Assembly: GCA_964188305.1 (NCBI GenBank)
Contig: OZ076899.1
Source: Podarcis bocagei
Lineage: Eukaryota
Direction: 5' to 3' (one strand)
DNA: 64,000 nt
Below, piece after piece: positions 38,318 to 51,122 of the stretch; position 1 is the stretch's first letter; every line of letters begins with the position of its first letter. The notes under the pieces are model-generated. The model saw only the letters and a list, made by a program, of their open reading frames with translations. It was not told the origin of the DNA and searched no databases. A program made the position numbers and the translations under genes.

Positions 38318-40454
38318 CTATTGAGGCCAAATATGAGGAGCAATTATTAGAAGAGATGGGCATCAAGAAGGAAAGGAAGGAACCACCCATGAAAACACTA
38401 TGCAAAAGACAGTGGAGAAAAAGCTGCCTGCACCACTCCCCACCACCAAAGGCACCTTCTCCTGAATTAAAAAAATGACCTCGTTCTTTGGACAGTAAAT
38501 GTAGCCTAGGCCCTCCATCACTGCAAAATAATCAAATTCCACTCTACAGAGAGCATGATCTACATTTTAAAATAGAAAGCCAAAGTTGTCTGCTGTCTGC
38601 ACTCATGGATTATATTTGTGTAAAGATGAATAAATTGATTTTTGAGTTCTATAAAATTACTTGACAAATCTGCAGGAAAAATCTGCCATCTGTTCACAAA
38701 TACCCAAACATTTTGTTCTGCTTCCAGAACAAGAGTTCATTTTCACTCCCTCTTTGAACAATTATTATTCCCAAATATAGAATGTAATCCCTCAATATTA
38801 TTTTCCAAATATGGCATAAGTTATTGTTTTTATGGTCTCAACAATTCTGCAGACCCCCACTGAGTCTACAAGAGAGCAGCAAGCAGCTCAAAAGTGATTG
38901 AGATCCCTCTCTATGTGACAAGAATGCATGTCAGAGTTGATTGCTTAGGGAACAGGTGAAAAATAGGACCCAGTTCTCTGGGTGCCAGAAGGAAGCTCTT
39001 TGAATATGTGAAAGGATATAGAAGTGTATTAGGAAGTGGGAGTCCTAACCAGGAATGGCTGGGACAGTAGGGTACAGATAGGAAAAGGGGGCAAGTGGAA
39101 ATCTATATAGGGACAGCTTGTAAGCGTGTGGAAACAGCAAATTAAATATTAGCAGAATAGCATCAACATATTGGAGTGTGGATTAGCAGTAATAGCAGCA
39201 TTTACTAACACAGTATTAACCTCTCAAGTGTAGCCACTTTAATTTATCAGTGTCTGAAAATTTCAGTGTAGTCTGCCATACCAAAAAGTAAAGTTCAACT
39301 GCTCAAGATGGGCAAGTATCCCACACCACTCTGCTTAAGTAAGCTATTACCAATGTGTTCATAATCGCTTCAAGCAAGCTATGGGAGAATATTCAAATAT
39401 TTCTGCAATAAATCTGTCAACCAGACAAATCTAAATCATTGGTCCTCTACGCTGCTTAGAGATGTCTGTAAATTAAGCAGTACATAAATCATCAAAATAA
39501 ATAAGAGAGACAGGAAATAAACATTCACATGAAATAAATATTCAAGATTTTTGCTACATTATTGAACCATTTTGTACTTACAGCTTTTTTTCTGAGGGGG
39601 AAGAATAAAGCAATAAAACTAATAGAAATTAAGTAAATTTAAAATGCCTAAATTTTGTTTGTGAACCTTCTTACAATCAAACATAACACTCAAGAATAAA
39701 TTTGCCTGAATGATATTAAGGGGGAAATAGTAAATCCAAGTTAGAATTGTTAACATGCAATTAGAACAGCCATGCTCTCTGAGGTAAGATTAACATGGAG
39801 TGATATCAAGACAGACAAAACCCACAATTTAAATACAATAATCTGACTTCACACAAGTGGGAAGACCCTTTCACTTTTTTGGCCATTGTAAACAAACATG
39901 GCAGTAAACCTCTTCCTTTCAGATGACACTTTTACTGAACCTTTAACTAGACTGCTTGATTTTTTTAAAAAAATCTGTAATTGCCCACGGAATAATCTGG
40001 TATAGGCCATGAAAACGGAAAAGATTACACTAGTTTAATGAATCAATAATCACTATATTTATGCTTTAAAAAACCCAGAATATGCTATATCAAAAATTAT
40101 CCTAAATAGTTAAATCCAGGCAAAAGCTTCACTGCATACTCTCTTCTCTCTCTCTTGCTCGTAGTATATAATTTTATCATCTATATATTATGCTTTTTTG
40201 CAGTGTCTCATATACATAATAACATCATCCAACTACTTAACAAAACCTATCAAAATAACCCTATACAAAAATTATACACATAAAAAGGGTATACCACCAC
40301 AAATAATCTACCAAACCAATGAGGACACAGAAATTGTGTTGCCAGTAATCAAATGGAAATGGTTTTGTATTTGCCCTACAATTTGGTGCAAAGCCAGAGT
40401 GAGTGAAATGTCTGTCACCAGTAACCCAGAATGGATGGATGTACTCGTACTGAC

Positions 40455-40511
40455 CGGCTCAGACTCATAGTAACAGTCATCCCAGCTCTGTTTGGGGGGT
40501 TTCTTTGTCAT
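40455..40511 (-). CDS. MYO9A: MYO9A exon 6 (57 nt, phase 0-0, probable cassette) MTKKPPKQSWDDCYYESEP
   Basis: Acceptor TACTTTCAG, donor CCG|GTCAGT; resembles recalled human ITKKPLRQSWDDYCYDSEP. Confidence 0.9.
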
Positions 40512-41681
40512 CTGAAAGTAAGGCAGATTGGGTAAATAGCATTCCAAATCCCATGCCACTATCTCTTCCCACTTTTACAGACAGGAAGTTAAGCATTTCT
40601 TTAAAATCATTAAGCTACAAGCATTCCCATTTTAGAAAATGATGGCTCGGATCCGCCTTCTCCATTTCTCCTTACCTTATGAAATCTGATATGAGAATGC
40701 ACATACATCATGCTACGTTTTCATGTTACAAAAGAAGCCTATCTAACCTTACAATTAAACGTAGAAATCCACTTCTATTGGCTGCCAAACACTGCAGCTA
40801 TGCTCATTAAGTTTGGATCTAACAATGCAGTCATGTTGCAACTGGGAATATTGTCACAAAGTGACAATTTAGAAGGAGAAAGGAGTACAATTTAAGATGC
40901 TTTAGAATTTTTACAACACTAAGCGTGCTACATCGTATACATTGCATTTATTTCCTACAACAAGCATGTGAGCTGGAAGATTTTTCTTCCACACAAATCT
41001 ATCATGATTGCTCAGACTCAGTTCTTTTATCAAGAAGCATCTGTAATATTTAAGGGTTTTTGCAAACATACCATAGTAACTCCCAATACACCGCACCACA
41101 CACACACACACACTACTGTGATTAACAAAACAGATTTTACTTGTGTAGCAAAATATTTTGGCTTCCGTTTTTATCAGCTGTTTTGATGAAAATATGCTAT
41201 TTCCAAGGTGGAAGTTCTAGCTTTTTGAGGATGGAATGTTCAAAAGGGCTTCATTTGCTCAAGTGTTCTTAGTACTCTCCTCCAGACTGAGGCCATGCAA
41301 TGTTAATGTCAGTTAATGTGTACATCCAGAGGTTCTCCCTCCTTGTTTTCATTATAGGATGTTACACACTGGGCATATTAACGAGACATTTCCTCAACCT
41401 GGAGGATAGTACCTACATTACTTAGCTTCAGCAAAGAAAGCCCTTCTGAACATTCAGTCCTCAAAGCGCTAGAACTGCCACACTATATTTTCATTTTTAT
41501 CAGAACTGCTTATGAAGGCAGAACCTGGAACATTTTGCCACATAAATAAAAATTATTTTGTTATCCACAGTAACAGATATATTATTTTAATGATTAACCA
41601 AATCCTAAAAGAAATCTACAGCAAGCTTGTGTGAAATGTTGCTTGATGTTTTATAACTAGCTATACATAAAAAATGAAGTA

Positions 41682-42009
41682 CAGTGGTGCCCCGCAAGAC
41701 AAATGCCTCGCAAGACGAAAAACTCGCTAGACGAAAGAGTTTTCCGTTTTGGAGGTGCTTCGCAAAACGAATTTCCTATGGGCTTGCTTCGCAAGACAAC
41801 AATGTCTTGCGAGTTCCTGCTGGTTCCCCCCCCCTTTTTCCTAAGCCGCTAATCCGCTTATCAGCTGATCCGATCAGCAAATAAGCCGCTAAAAGCCGCT
41901 AATAGCGCTAATCCGCTAATCCTTCAATGGGCTTGCTTCGCAAGACGAAAAAACCGCTAGACGAAGAGAATCACAGAACGGATTCTTTTCGTCTTGCGAG
42001 GCACCTCTG
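41682..42009. mobile_element. Tigger/pogo-like MITE, family B, copy 1
   Basis: TA-CAGTGGTGCC...GGCACCTCTG-TA; repeated GCAAGACG and TAAGCCGC motifs. Confidence 0.9.
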
Positions 42010-42850
42010 TAATAATCCAGCTTCTGCTATATAAAGAGGGATATGTCCTCGCTCCTCAGTCAGAATAATATTTTTTCCCCTTTTAAATAGCTAAACCCTT
42101 GAAGAGAAACCTTTTGCAATGATCCCACATGATCTCAAGCTTGAAGATCCATGTTGTTTTGCAGTTATATGAACACTATATATTTTCAGCCTTATATTTA
42201 GGATTCAGCCTTAAACACTGTATTGGGAAATTCTAATAGAGCACTGGCAGAGAGTGTCCTGCCATCACCAGAACTATTCTTCCCTTCTGCCATCTCTGTT
42301 CTATTGCATCAGCTACCCTTGCATCCTAAAGGAAACAAATTATATAAGTGCTATGGCATATTAGTATGAGATGTAGTACCCCTCCCCCAATAATTTCAAT
42401 TCTTTAACCATAGTTGGAATTAATGGACTTGGGTTAGCCTTATTTGTTAAAGTACAAACAGATCATGCTATCAAGGAAGGATGGCAAAAATCATGCAACA
42501 TTTGTAAATGGATTTGTCTCTTCTTCAGTAGAAATATCATAATATGGTTTTCCAGATGAATGGTATTAATTGTTGGTTATTAATTAGGAAATCATTCATA
42601 TTCTTTGGGAAAACTGCAATCCAAAAAACACATTATATTTTCTATAGGCCACTTAAGGCAAGAAAAAAGTGCTTTGAAAACATTGTTTCTTACTTAGTTG
42701 CATTCCCCAAACCTACAAATTTATTGTGCTAGGACATCCATGCACAGGTAACAATAAAATTAGTTTTAAAACATCAGCACCTGAACAGTGGTTCATTGCT
42801 CTAGGGACAAATATATACATTCAGTTAAAAACTGCTTGGTATATTCCCAC

Positions 42851-42950
42851 CTGATTAAGATAATGATATTCATCAGGCTGTTTAAGATGAAATGCTGATT
42901 TCTCTTCTTCACTTGCTCCTGCCAGAAGGTAATAAAATACATGGTAGTTC
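42851..42950 (-). CDS. MYO9A: MYO9A exon 5 (100 nt) [33 protein letters not shown]
   Basis: Acceptor TTGCCAG, donor CAG|GTGGGA; ERNYHVFY motif across the junction. Confidence 0.96.
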
Positions 42951-43701
42951 CTGGCAACAAATAAAAACAGTGTTAAAAGTCCCATCACCATCAATACAAA
43001 AATGTTAGCAAGAATCATTGGAAGTATGAATAATACTAGTATTTTATCTATTTATTTTTGACAAATCAAATACACAGACATCCAGTTTGCATGTACTGCT
43101 AAATCAAATGATGGATAAGCAAGAACATGGTTTGGCTTCACATTTCATCTAGCTCTCCCCAAATAAACCATGAGTTATAAAACATAGGGCAAATCTTTCT
43201 TACAGCTCATGCTTTGTCTAGAGAGTGCTAAATCACAAGCCTAGGTTCAACCATGTCTTAGTTCAGCATAGCAGCAAAATGCACTGAGAACCAAAGAGAC
43301 CACTATCTCCTCTCTAGAAGCCTACAACTGGAAGCTAAGCTGATGAAAAACTAACCATTGGTAATTTACTGCTTGGTTTGCATGGCATAGCAATCCAAAG
43401 TATGGCTTAATGGGATTGTACCAATGTATGAGTTCATAGTTGCTCTTGTCCTTTTCCTTCCTCTAAGCCTGAGTTTCAAGACAGGAATAGTGTTGTATGA
43501 GCAAATTCTCAAACCCAGGGCATGAACTGCTGTCAGTATTAATCATGACAGATTAATCTAACATCATATATATCAAAACACAAAATAAATGCATATAAAA
43601 CTTAGAAATCATTATAACTGTACTTTATTTTAAAAATTATTTTGGTTTACCTTTCTTTATCTCTGCCCCATTCCCAGCAGTACTTTAGATTCAGTACTCA
43701 C

Positions 43702-43764
43702 CTCTCATTATGTTCCTGATAGACAAGCCTTGACTTTTCCAGTAGATATTTTTCAACATAGGCT
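43702..43764 (-). CDS. MYO9A: MYO9A exon 4 (63 nt) AYVEKYLLEKSRLVYQEHNER
   Basis: Acceptor CCTCTAG, donor GTGAGT; myosin YLLEKSR motif. Confidence 0.96.
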
Positions 43765-45455
43765 CTAGAGGAAAAAAGAATATTAGTTAAGCCTGAGAAT
43801 AGTTTGATTTTTATACCTTTCTCTTTTTAAAAAGTAACAGGTCTGGTCATTGCATAGACTTATGAGGATATAATCATCTGAATGTTACTATTTGATAGAA
43901 AAGTCTGAACATGGAAGAAAAATGTCATAGGTACATTTAGATATCACCACACACTAAAACCTCTAGAAAAATGGATTCTAGAATTTTTCTTTTTTCATTC
44001 TAACCAAACCTTCCTAGCTGAATGTCTATGAACTTTCTGGAGCAGTTAAGCTGCAGCTCCGCATTCCTTCTTCAGAAAAAGAACTCACAAGCATTAGAGT
44101 AAGGTAATAAAACAAAGGGCAAGAATATCCTGCAGTAACAGAATTCATAAATTTATTTGCATGTTGTGTTGAATGTATGTGGCGGGAAACTATCTCCATT
44201 TTTCCCAAACCGTTCAAATTTATCTACATTTCGTATGTCCTTCCCTTACTTAACGTTTTTTTCCTGAACTATGGTAGCCCAAAATCTTTTCACTTTTCTT
44301 TGAAATAATGGTATTCAAATCCTAAATTGAATCTTTGTGCAAAGGGCAGGGAGATGAGCTGGTGAGGATGTGGAAAATGAAATACAGTATAAACTTGAGC
44401 ATGATTTTCAGCATGACTTCTATTACAGTTTTGGCAATTTTAACATAGGTGTCTTCAGTTACTTGACTCACAGGATTCTACCATGGGTGAGGCCTTTCCT
44501 CCTGCTCCCTTTCCTGCTCCCCACATCATGAGGGGGAAACATCAAGTACAATGGAAAGGCTTTGTATCTATAATACGGAATCTCCCTGAACTCTGCTGAA
44601 CAGACCCATAGACTGGAGAATGCATTCCAAAAACACAGTATGAAATGCTCCTGTTCAAATCCCAGTCAGTTATGCTATTTTCCAATGTGACCCATTACCC
44701 CTCCCACCTATAATACCACCTCCCACACAAAACATTCAGCATGCTCAGTCCTCAACAGGGCTGTTTTTGCCCTTCCCTTTAGTTTTTATCTCCATTTTTT
44801 GTACTTCTGTAAACCTTAGATTTTCTTCAAAACTGATAATACCACCCTCTTCTGCATGGATGGTACCAACATGGCTACATAACAATCAATTTTTAGAAAA
44901 GGAAGGCTACTATATTGTCAACTACACATGTAGCAACAGATAATATCTCACAGTACTGGCCTGCAGTGATCACTGGAATATAGCACTCCTTTCTACCATG
45001 ATAGAGGTTTTGCTGCAAGAAGCAAAGCTTTTTTTTGTGTTATGTTGAAAAAACGAGGGCAAACGGTTGTAGGAATGGGTGCTCTGAAGATCATTTGTGG
45101 GACCAAGTGATAAAATACTTGGTCTTTTTAAATATATCTTTCAGAAATAACAAAGTAAAGAAACAAGTCTCCAACCCAGACTGTTGCAGAACACTATCTC
45201 ACCTCCCTTATCACAATCACATAACTGGAAAGAATATTTCCAGATAGAGTTTTCTACAAGCTCATATTATACTGCTAATTTCCACTGTTCCATCTCTGTT
45301 CTGCTCATACCATTAAAACAAAAATCAACCTTCTCACCAGAGAGATGGTGTATTGGATTAAACCTGTACACACACAAAAAAACACCTTTGCAGCCTCTGC
45401 AGTAATATTTCTGTGTCTATATATCAATGCTACTGCATTAACACTGGAGATAATA

Positions 45456-45742
45456 CAGTGGTACCTCGCAAGACGAAAAACGCGCAAGACGAAAAACGCG
45501 CAAGACGAAAGAGTTTTCCGTTTTTTGAGTCATTCCGCAAGACGAATTTCCCTATGGGCTTGCTTCGCAAGACGAAACGTCTTGCGAGTTCTTGCGAGTT
45601 TGTTTCCTTTTTCTTAAAGCCGCTAAGCTGTTAATAGCCGCTAAGCCGCTAAGCCGCTAATAGCCGTGCTTCGCAAGACGAAAAAAACGCAAGACGAAGA
45701 GACTCGTGGAACGGATTAATTTCATCTTGCGAGGCACCACTG
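45456..45742. mobile_element. Tigger/pogo-like MITE, family B, copy 2
   Basis: TA-CAGTGGTACCTCGCAAGA...TCTTGCGAGGCACCACTG-TA. Confidence 0.9.
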
Positions 45743-47500
45743 TATCTTAATTGTATAAGGTAATCCAATTTTTGCGAAGCAGGCATTTTGATATATTCAG
45801 AAGATGTTGGAAAACAAGGCCTAAATTGTGATAAGCCTATTCTTTTGAAATTCATAGTGAAAAACGAGATGAGAAAAGTAAGGGAACTTTCAAAACTAAG
45901 CTAGATCCTGACTTAACTTGATTGTTGGCACTCACTAGAATTAACATGTTGATCACTCTCATGTGTGTTGTTACTTAATGGATGATGACAAAATTTGGAT
46001 TCATTTCCCTTTTCTTTGCTTGACAACAGTTGCTCATGAACAGTATTTTTATTACCCAACGGGAAATATGTAAAGTAATACTCATGATTGCTTAGTATGA
46101 CTAACAGACATGAGGGAGTCAAATATGTGCTTTGCAGAAGGATTGGTAGAAGCACAAGTTTCTTAAATACAAGCACCCTTCAAAAAAACCCTAAATAAAC
46201 CCCAAGCCCAGTGAAAAGCTTTTCTTTGTCAACTCAATAAATATATTATTTATTGAGCAAAACTCAATAAATATATTGTGAACCAAAGAAAAAGGTCTGG
46301 TACTCATAACTTCCTTAAGAGTCAAAATTACGGCATTACAACTTCTCATGGTACTGAAGATAAGCATCTACGGAGTCATCTTCACATCTCAACAAATACA
46401 AGCTGGGAGTCCTAACTATACACATTTCATAGTGCTTGATGTGATAGCAGAACAGTTGACTCTCCCTAACACAGTGTGTATCCATCAAAATAGGATATTT
46501 ACATCTTGCCCCTTTTAAAATTCCTTCCTACTCAGTCAAATAAGAAAAATATCACAGACTAGCATACATTATAAAAGCTGATAGCATGACTCTTTACTGG
46601 GCAATCACTGACTAGGAAAGCAACACCACACTTTAAACAAAGAAGAACTGAGACAAGAGGAAACTCTGCCCTTCCTTTTATAGCCTTAGTCAAGAAAGCA
46701 GAGCTTAATTAAACGGAACTAAAAGATTCCAAATAGCTCAACTGCAGCACATACATCAGACTGGACAAAGCCATTCAGAAACTGCAAATCTACAGTCCCA
46801 AAATAATAGGATGCGTCGGGCTGCTACGGAAGCCTTCTCTAGCTTCAACAATTCTCAGACTTTACAGATTGATAGAGCTCCAAGTCAGGCAAACAAAGGA
46901 CATGAGACATTAAAATATAAAGTACAACAGCTGTAGCTTAGAACAGACTTTCAATTCTCACATTAATAGACTGGATTCAAATTGTTTATTAAAAGCAAGA
47001 ATGGAAACAATCCAGAGCAATTTGGTCTCTGGTTTAAGTGCAAATCTCTTAAATTGGTCTCCTTTTGCTTTCATAAAATTCAAGCTGACTTAGCAAAATA
47101 TTTGCACCAGTTGTGGACGATATGTGCACTCCAAGCCTGAGCCAAATCCCTCTGAAGTTCAGACAAAGATTTGTGCTGATTCCTAAGTGGACAACGGACT
47201 TTGTTCAGCAATTTCTTATATCAGTAAATAAAGAGAATGCAAGTTTTAGAGATTTAGCATTTGTAACTCCCTTGTGATTATACAGTAACAGTGTTATAGT
47301 TAAAAGAATGTGGGAAGTTAACGCTTCCTTAACAGAATATACCTGTGTCAAGTCAATTATTTGTCCTATATGGCACAGCCAAGTAACTGGGATCAGATTT
47401 ACATGGGATGTTTAACATTCCCAGCAGGCATCCACAAATACCAACAGCTGCAACCCATTCATGCTTAAAGTTCCTTAAGTCACTGCTCATTGCTACTTAC

Positions 47501-47595
47501 CCTCGGACAGTGCCAGTCTCCTGATAATTCACTTGGATAAACTTGCCAAAGCGACTTGAGTTGTTATTGTGTGCTGTCTTTGCATTCCCAAATGC
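47501..47595 (-). CDS. MYO9A: MYO9A exon 3 (95 nt) [32 protein letters not shown], switch I
   Basis: Acceptor TTTTGGCAG, donor GTAAGT; in frame with exon 2. Confidence 0.96.
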
Positions 47596-48520
47596 CTGCC
47601 AAAATAAAGAGATATAAAAGAACTGAGAAATGGCTCAACAATTTGCACATCCTAGACTTGCTTTTAATATGTGGCTTCCAGTATGAAATTAAAGGGGGGA
47701 GATTAAAAATAATAATATAAGAATTCAGATAATACTAATTTTAAACTTTCATTCTTTGATTGAAAGGCAGCACATACATTTTTATTCTAATAACTTAAAT
47801 TGCCCTCATAAGTATATCTGCCCAAAATTAAACTAGTGCTTAAAACAGTAGGCTGTGGGAGAATCATTTAATCTGAGTCTACAGTTCTATGTAATTCACC
47901 CTTCAGTTCAATATTGCATAGGAATAAAATTACTGCCGCCCACAGAGTTTTATCCTTTTGTCAGTTATTTATTGAAATTTAAAGAGTAAAATATTCACTT
48001 TTCCAGAATTCAGTATTTTGCCTTACTAGCACGCTTACTGGTTGTCCATAAAGATTCCAGTACGCATCTGGTTTTGAATTGTACAGGGTGAAACACAGTG
48101 CAAAGAGGATTTTACTGTTATAGCAAGCTAATGAACAACTGGTTTTTAAGTTTGTTAAATCCATGTCTGCAAATTGACAAGGTTTGTGACTGGATTTACA
48201 TACCAGACTAAAACGTTGGTTGTAGATTTTTTGAAGTTCATTTATTTAATAATATCTCTAAACAGCTTACATTAAATGAACTCAAACTAGTAAAGGTAAA
48301 ATAAATACCAAAACAATTTAAAACAGAAACCAAAACATCATAGATAACACAGCAGAAAGGTACAGTACAGGGAAAGCCTAGATGAAAAACAAGGGAAGCA
48401 CTCAACAGTCAGCAGCTCTCAGATAATTGGGGGGGGGGGGCATTCCGGAAGGCAGTCATCACCACTGTTTGAGTCTGTTTTCTCGTATATAAGCCATAAG
48501 TCAAAATTCATCCACATAAG

Positions 48521-48868
48521 CTAAACGGCCTCGGTCCAGTATACCTGAAGGAGCGTCTCCACCCCCATCATTCTGCCCGGATGCTGAGGTCCAGCGCCGA
48601 GGGCCTTCTGGCGGTTCCCTCATTGCGAGAAGCAAAGCTACAGGAAACCAGGCAGAGGGCCTTCTCGGTAGTGGCGCCCGCCCTGTGGAACGCCCTCCCA
48701 CGAGATGTCAAAGTGATAAACAACTACCTGACATTCAGAAGACATCTTAAGGCAGCCCTGTTCAGGGAAGTTTTTAACGTGTGATATTTTAGTGTATTTT
48801 TGGTTTCTATGGAAGCTGCCCAGAGTGGCTGGGGAGGCCCAGCCAGATGGGCGGGGTATAAATAATAA

Positions 48869-48946
<78 letters not shown>
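48521..48946 (+). mobile_element. Young 5'-truncated L2-clade LINE with (TAT)n(TAC)n tail
   Basis: LNGLGPVYLKERL...RAFSVVAPALWNALP...FRRHLKAALF; CpG retained; microsatellite tail at 48869-48946. Confidence 0.88.
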
Positions 48947-49400
48947 GCTGAATGTTAGGAACAATACTCAGTCATGTATCTTCAAATATCCTAGTGACTA
49001 TTCCTAATGAAACTGGAAATCAAATACTACCTATGCAACAAATTAGTTTAAAACTTTTGTTTCCATGACTTCCCTTTAGCAAGATGCCCTCTGTTATTTG
49101 ATCAGCATGCTTCCATTGCCAGTTGGCATCCCAGCAGACCAGGGGCCAAAATACTACAATAGATTTATAATTGTCTGAATTTTTCAAAAAGCATGCCTTG
49201 CATCACTCAGTGCCTAACAATGCCAGCTCCTCAGATTGAGGTACCAAGGACAGCAGCTGTAAAAATGCTAACTGTAATAACTCTAACTCTATATTGTACA
49301 GTATGCGGGCAAGAATCAGAAAGCATGCCAACCCAAATTTTACTAAGGCTACTCTTACAGCAATAGCAACTGATCTCACACCAACTGATTCTATCACAAT

Positions 49401-49459
49401 TATGTGCCATATGAATAGAAGACTGTGTAGTTCATATGTGCCATATGAATAGAAGACTG
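49401..49459. repeat. 25-bp direct repeat, period 34
   Basis: tatgtgccatatgaatagaagactg at 49401 and 49435. Confidence 0.9.
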
Positions 49460-50953
49460 GGTGCGTGTATTTGGCAGTGAATAGAAACCCAAGCAATATT
49501 TTAAAAGCATCAAAATGAGATTATAATATAACAATCTTGTAGATGGCAGCACATCTGATATCCTAGAGATTTGTGTACTGTACTTAACTGCAGTAGGAAA
49601 ATGGTGACTTCTTGTTATGAACTTTCCACTCCAAAGATTCTACATTATTACAGGGTGCAACACTAGGGCATCCCATGGGTTGAGAAAATAGATCAGTCCT
49701 CAAACATTTAGGTTTGATACCATTATTATTTTGTGGTATGGTTCTTTATTACTTTAGTAATATTAAATGGTTAAAAACCACCCTAAGCAGCATGATTACA
49801 GTTCTTATTAACTTCTATTTGTTGAATGTGGTAGATGTAAGCTAAAATCCAACCTAGCATATCTAAAACCAAAATACCAAGACAGAGTTTAATTTGGCAA
49901 CAGTAACATGCTCATTAAATGGATGTTTACTAAGCACCTCTTCTCTCCACCCCTAGAAATCTATATAGAAAATGCAACTCCGCTGAAAAAAGATGACAAG
50001 TGACAACATGCCTGACATAAAAGATATTTCCTCTTAAAGGTTTGGAATGATAACATAAAAGAGACCCCAGAACACAAATACAGCTGTAGTCAGCAGACCC
50101 AGCTTTAATCCATTTGTTGTTATCACTTTTGATAGGCACACTGGCTAGAACTTCAAATATAATGGAATCAACAACACAAGCAGATTATCCAGAGAAATAT
50201 TTAGAATGAGGATAATGTTAAAAAGTATAATGTACAGTTCAAAGCTTTTAAAACAAGTTTCAAATCTTATGGAAAGTCAGAGAATATCTTACTCATGATA
50301 CAATAGCACTAAAGAACATCGGTCATTATTTTTTCACGTTTTCTCTTATCTACACATGTATTTATTATGCCTTGTACTTGCAAGGCTGGCTCATAATAAT
50401 ATTCTTGGTTGTTAATTAGAGCTGAGAGAAGATGGACTGAACATCAAAGAACCTTGATTAAAGGAATATGGAGAAATTAAGGAGTGAGAGAAGAGAGTTA
50501 GACACATCTTAGCACCTTTATGCTCAGCTGGTCTGAGCAATAGAAAATCCTAGTGGGAATACCAAGAAATGGCGTGGAGGAGGCACATGATCCCTATCCC
50601 CTGCTACTTGCCTTATACCAAGGAACAAACACTTGGGACACTATTTGAATTATAGTTCCTCAAGCTGTGTCATTCTGTACTGGAGTCAGATCAACTCTGC
50701 CACAGGAAGCCACAAAAAACTGAGTGGCCACTTGGTGCTCCTGAGCATGGGCTGCTCTCACTACAATTGTGGGAAACAATCCAGCTAGAGTTCTTGGACT
50801 GCTTAAGCAGAAGTTGTTCTATTCTCTGTCTAAAATGGCATATTTGATGTGCTATTAAGTGTTGATTTCAAAATTGTATCCATTGCTTTGTCATAACCTG
50901 CCCTGTGACCTTATAGGGAAGGGTAGAAAAGAAATCCTACGAACAAAAATATA

Positions 50954-51122
50954 CCGTATTTTTCGCTCTATAACACGCACCCGACCATAACACGCACGTA
51001 GTTTTTACAGGAGGAAAATCCGTAGGCCTGCCACCCGTAGGCATTTCCTTCATAACACGCACAGACATTTCCCCTTACTTTCTAGGAGGAAAAAAGTGAG
51101 TGTTATGGTGCAAAAAATACGG
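50954..51122. mobile_element. Tc1/mariner-superfamily MITE (CCGTATTTTT termini)
   Basis: TA-CCGTATTTTT...AAAAATACGG-TA; ATAACACGCAC repeated three times internally. Confidence 0.85.

Noticed and set aside
41682-42009. Iterated GCAAGACG motifs as a CRISPR-like array
   Set aside because: Short motifs with irregular spacing inside a TA-flanked TIR element in a vertebrate intron; no cas genes.
48638-49007. Poly-Ser/Asn and poly-Leu ORFs
   Set aside because: These are translations of the (TAT)n(TAC)n L2 tail.
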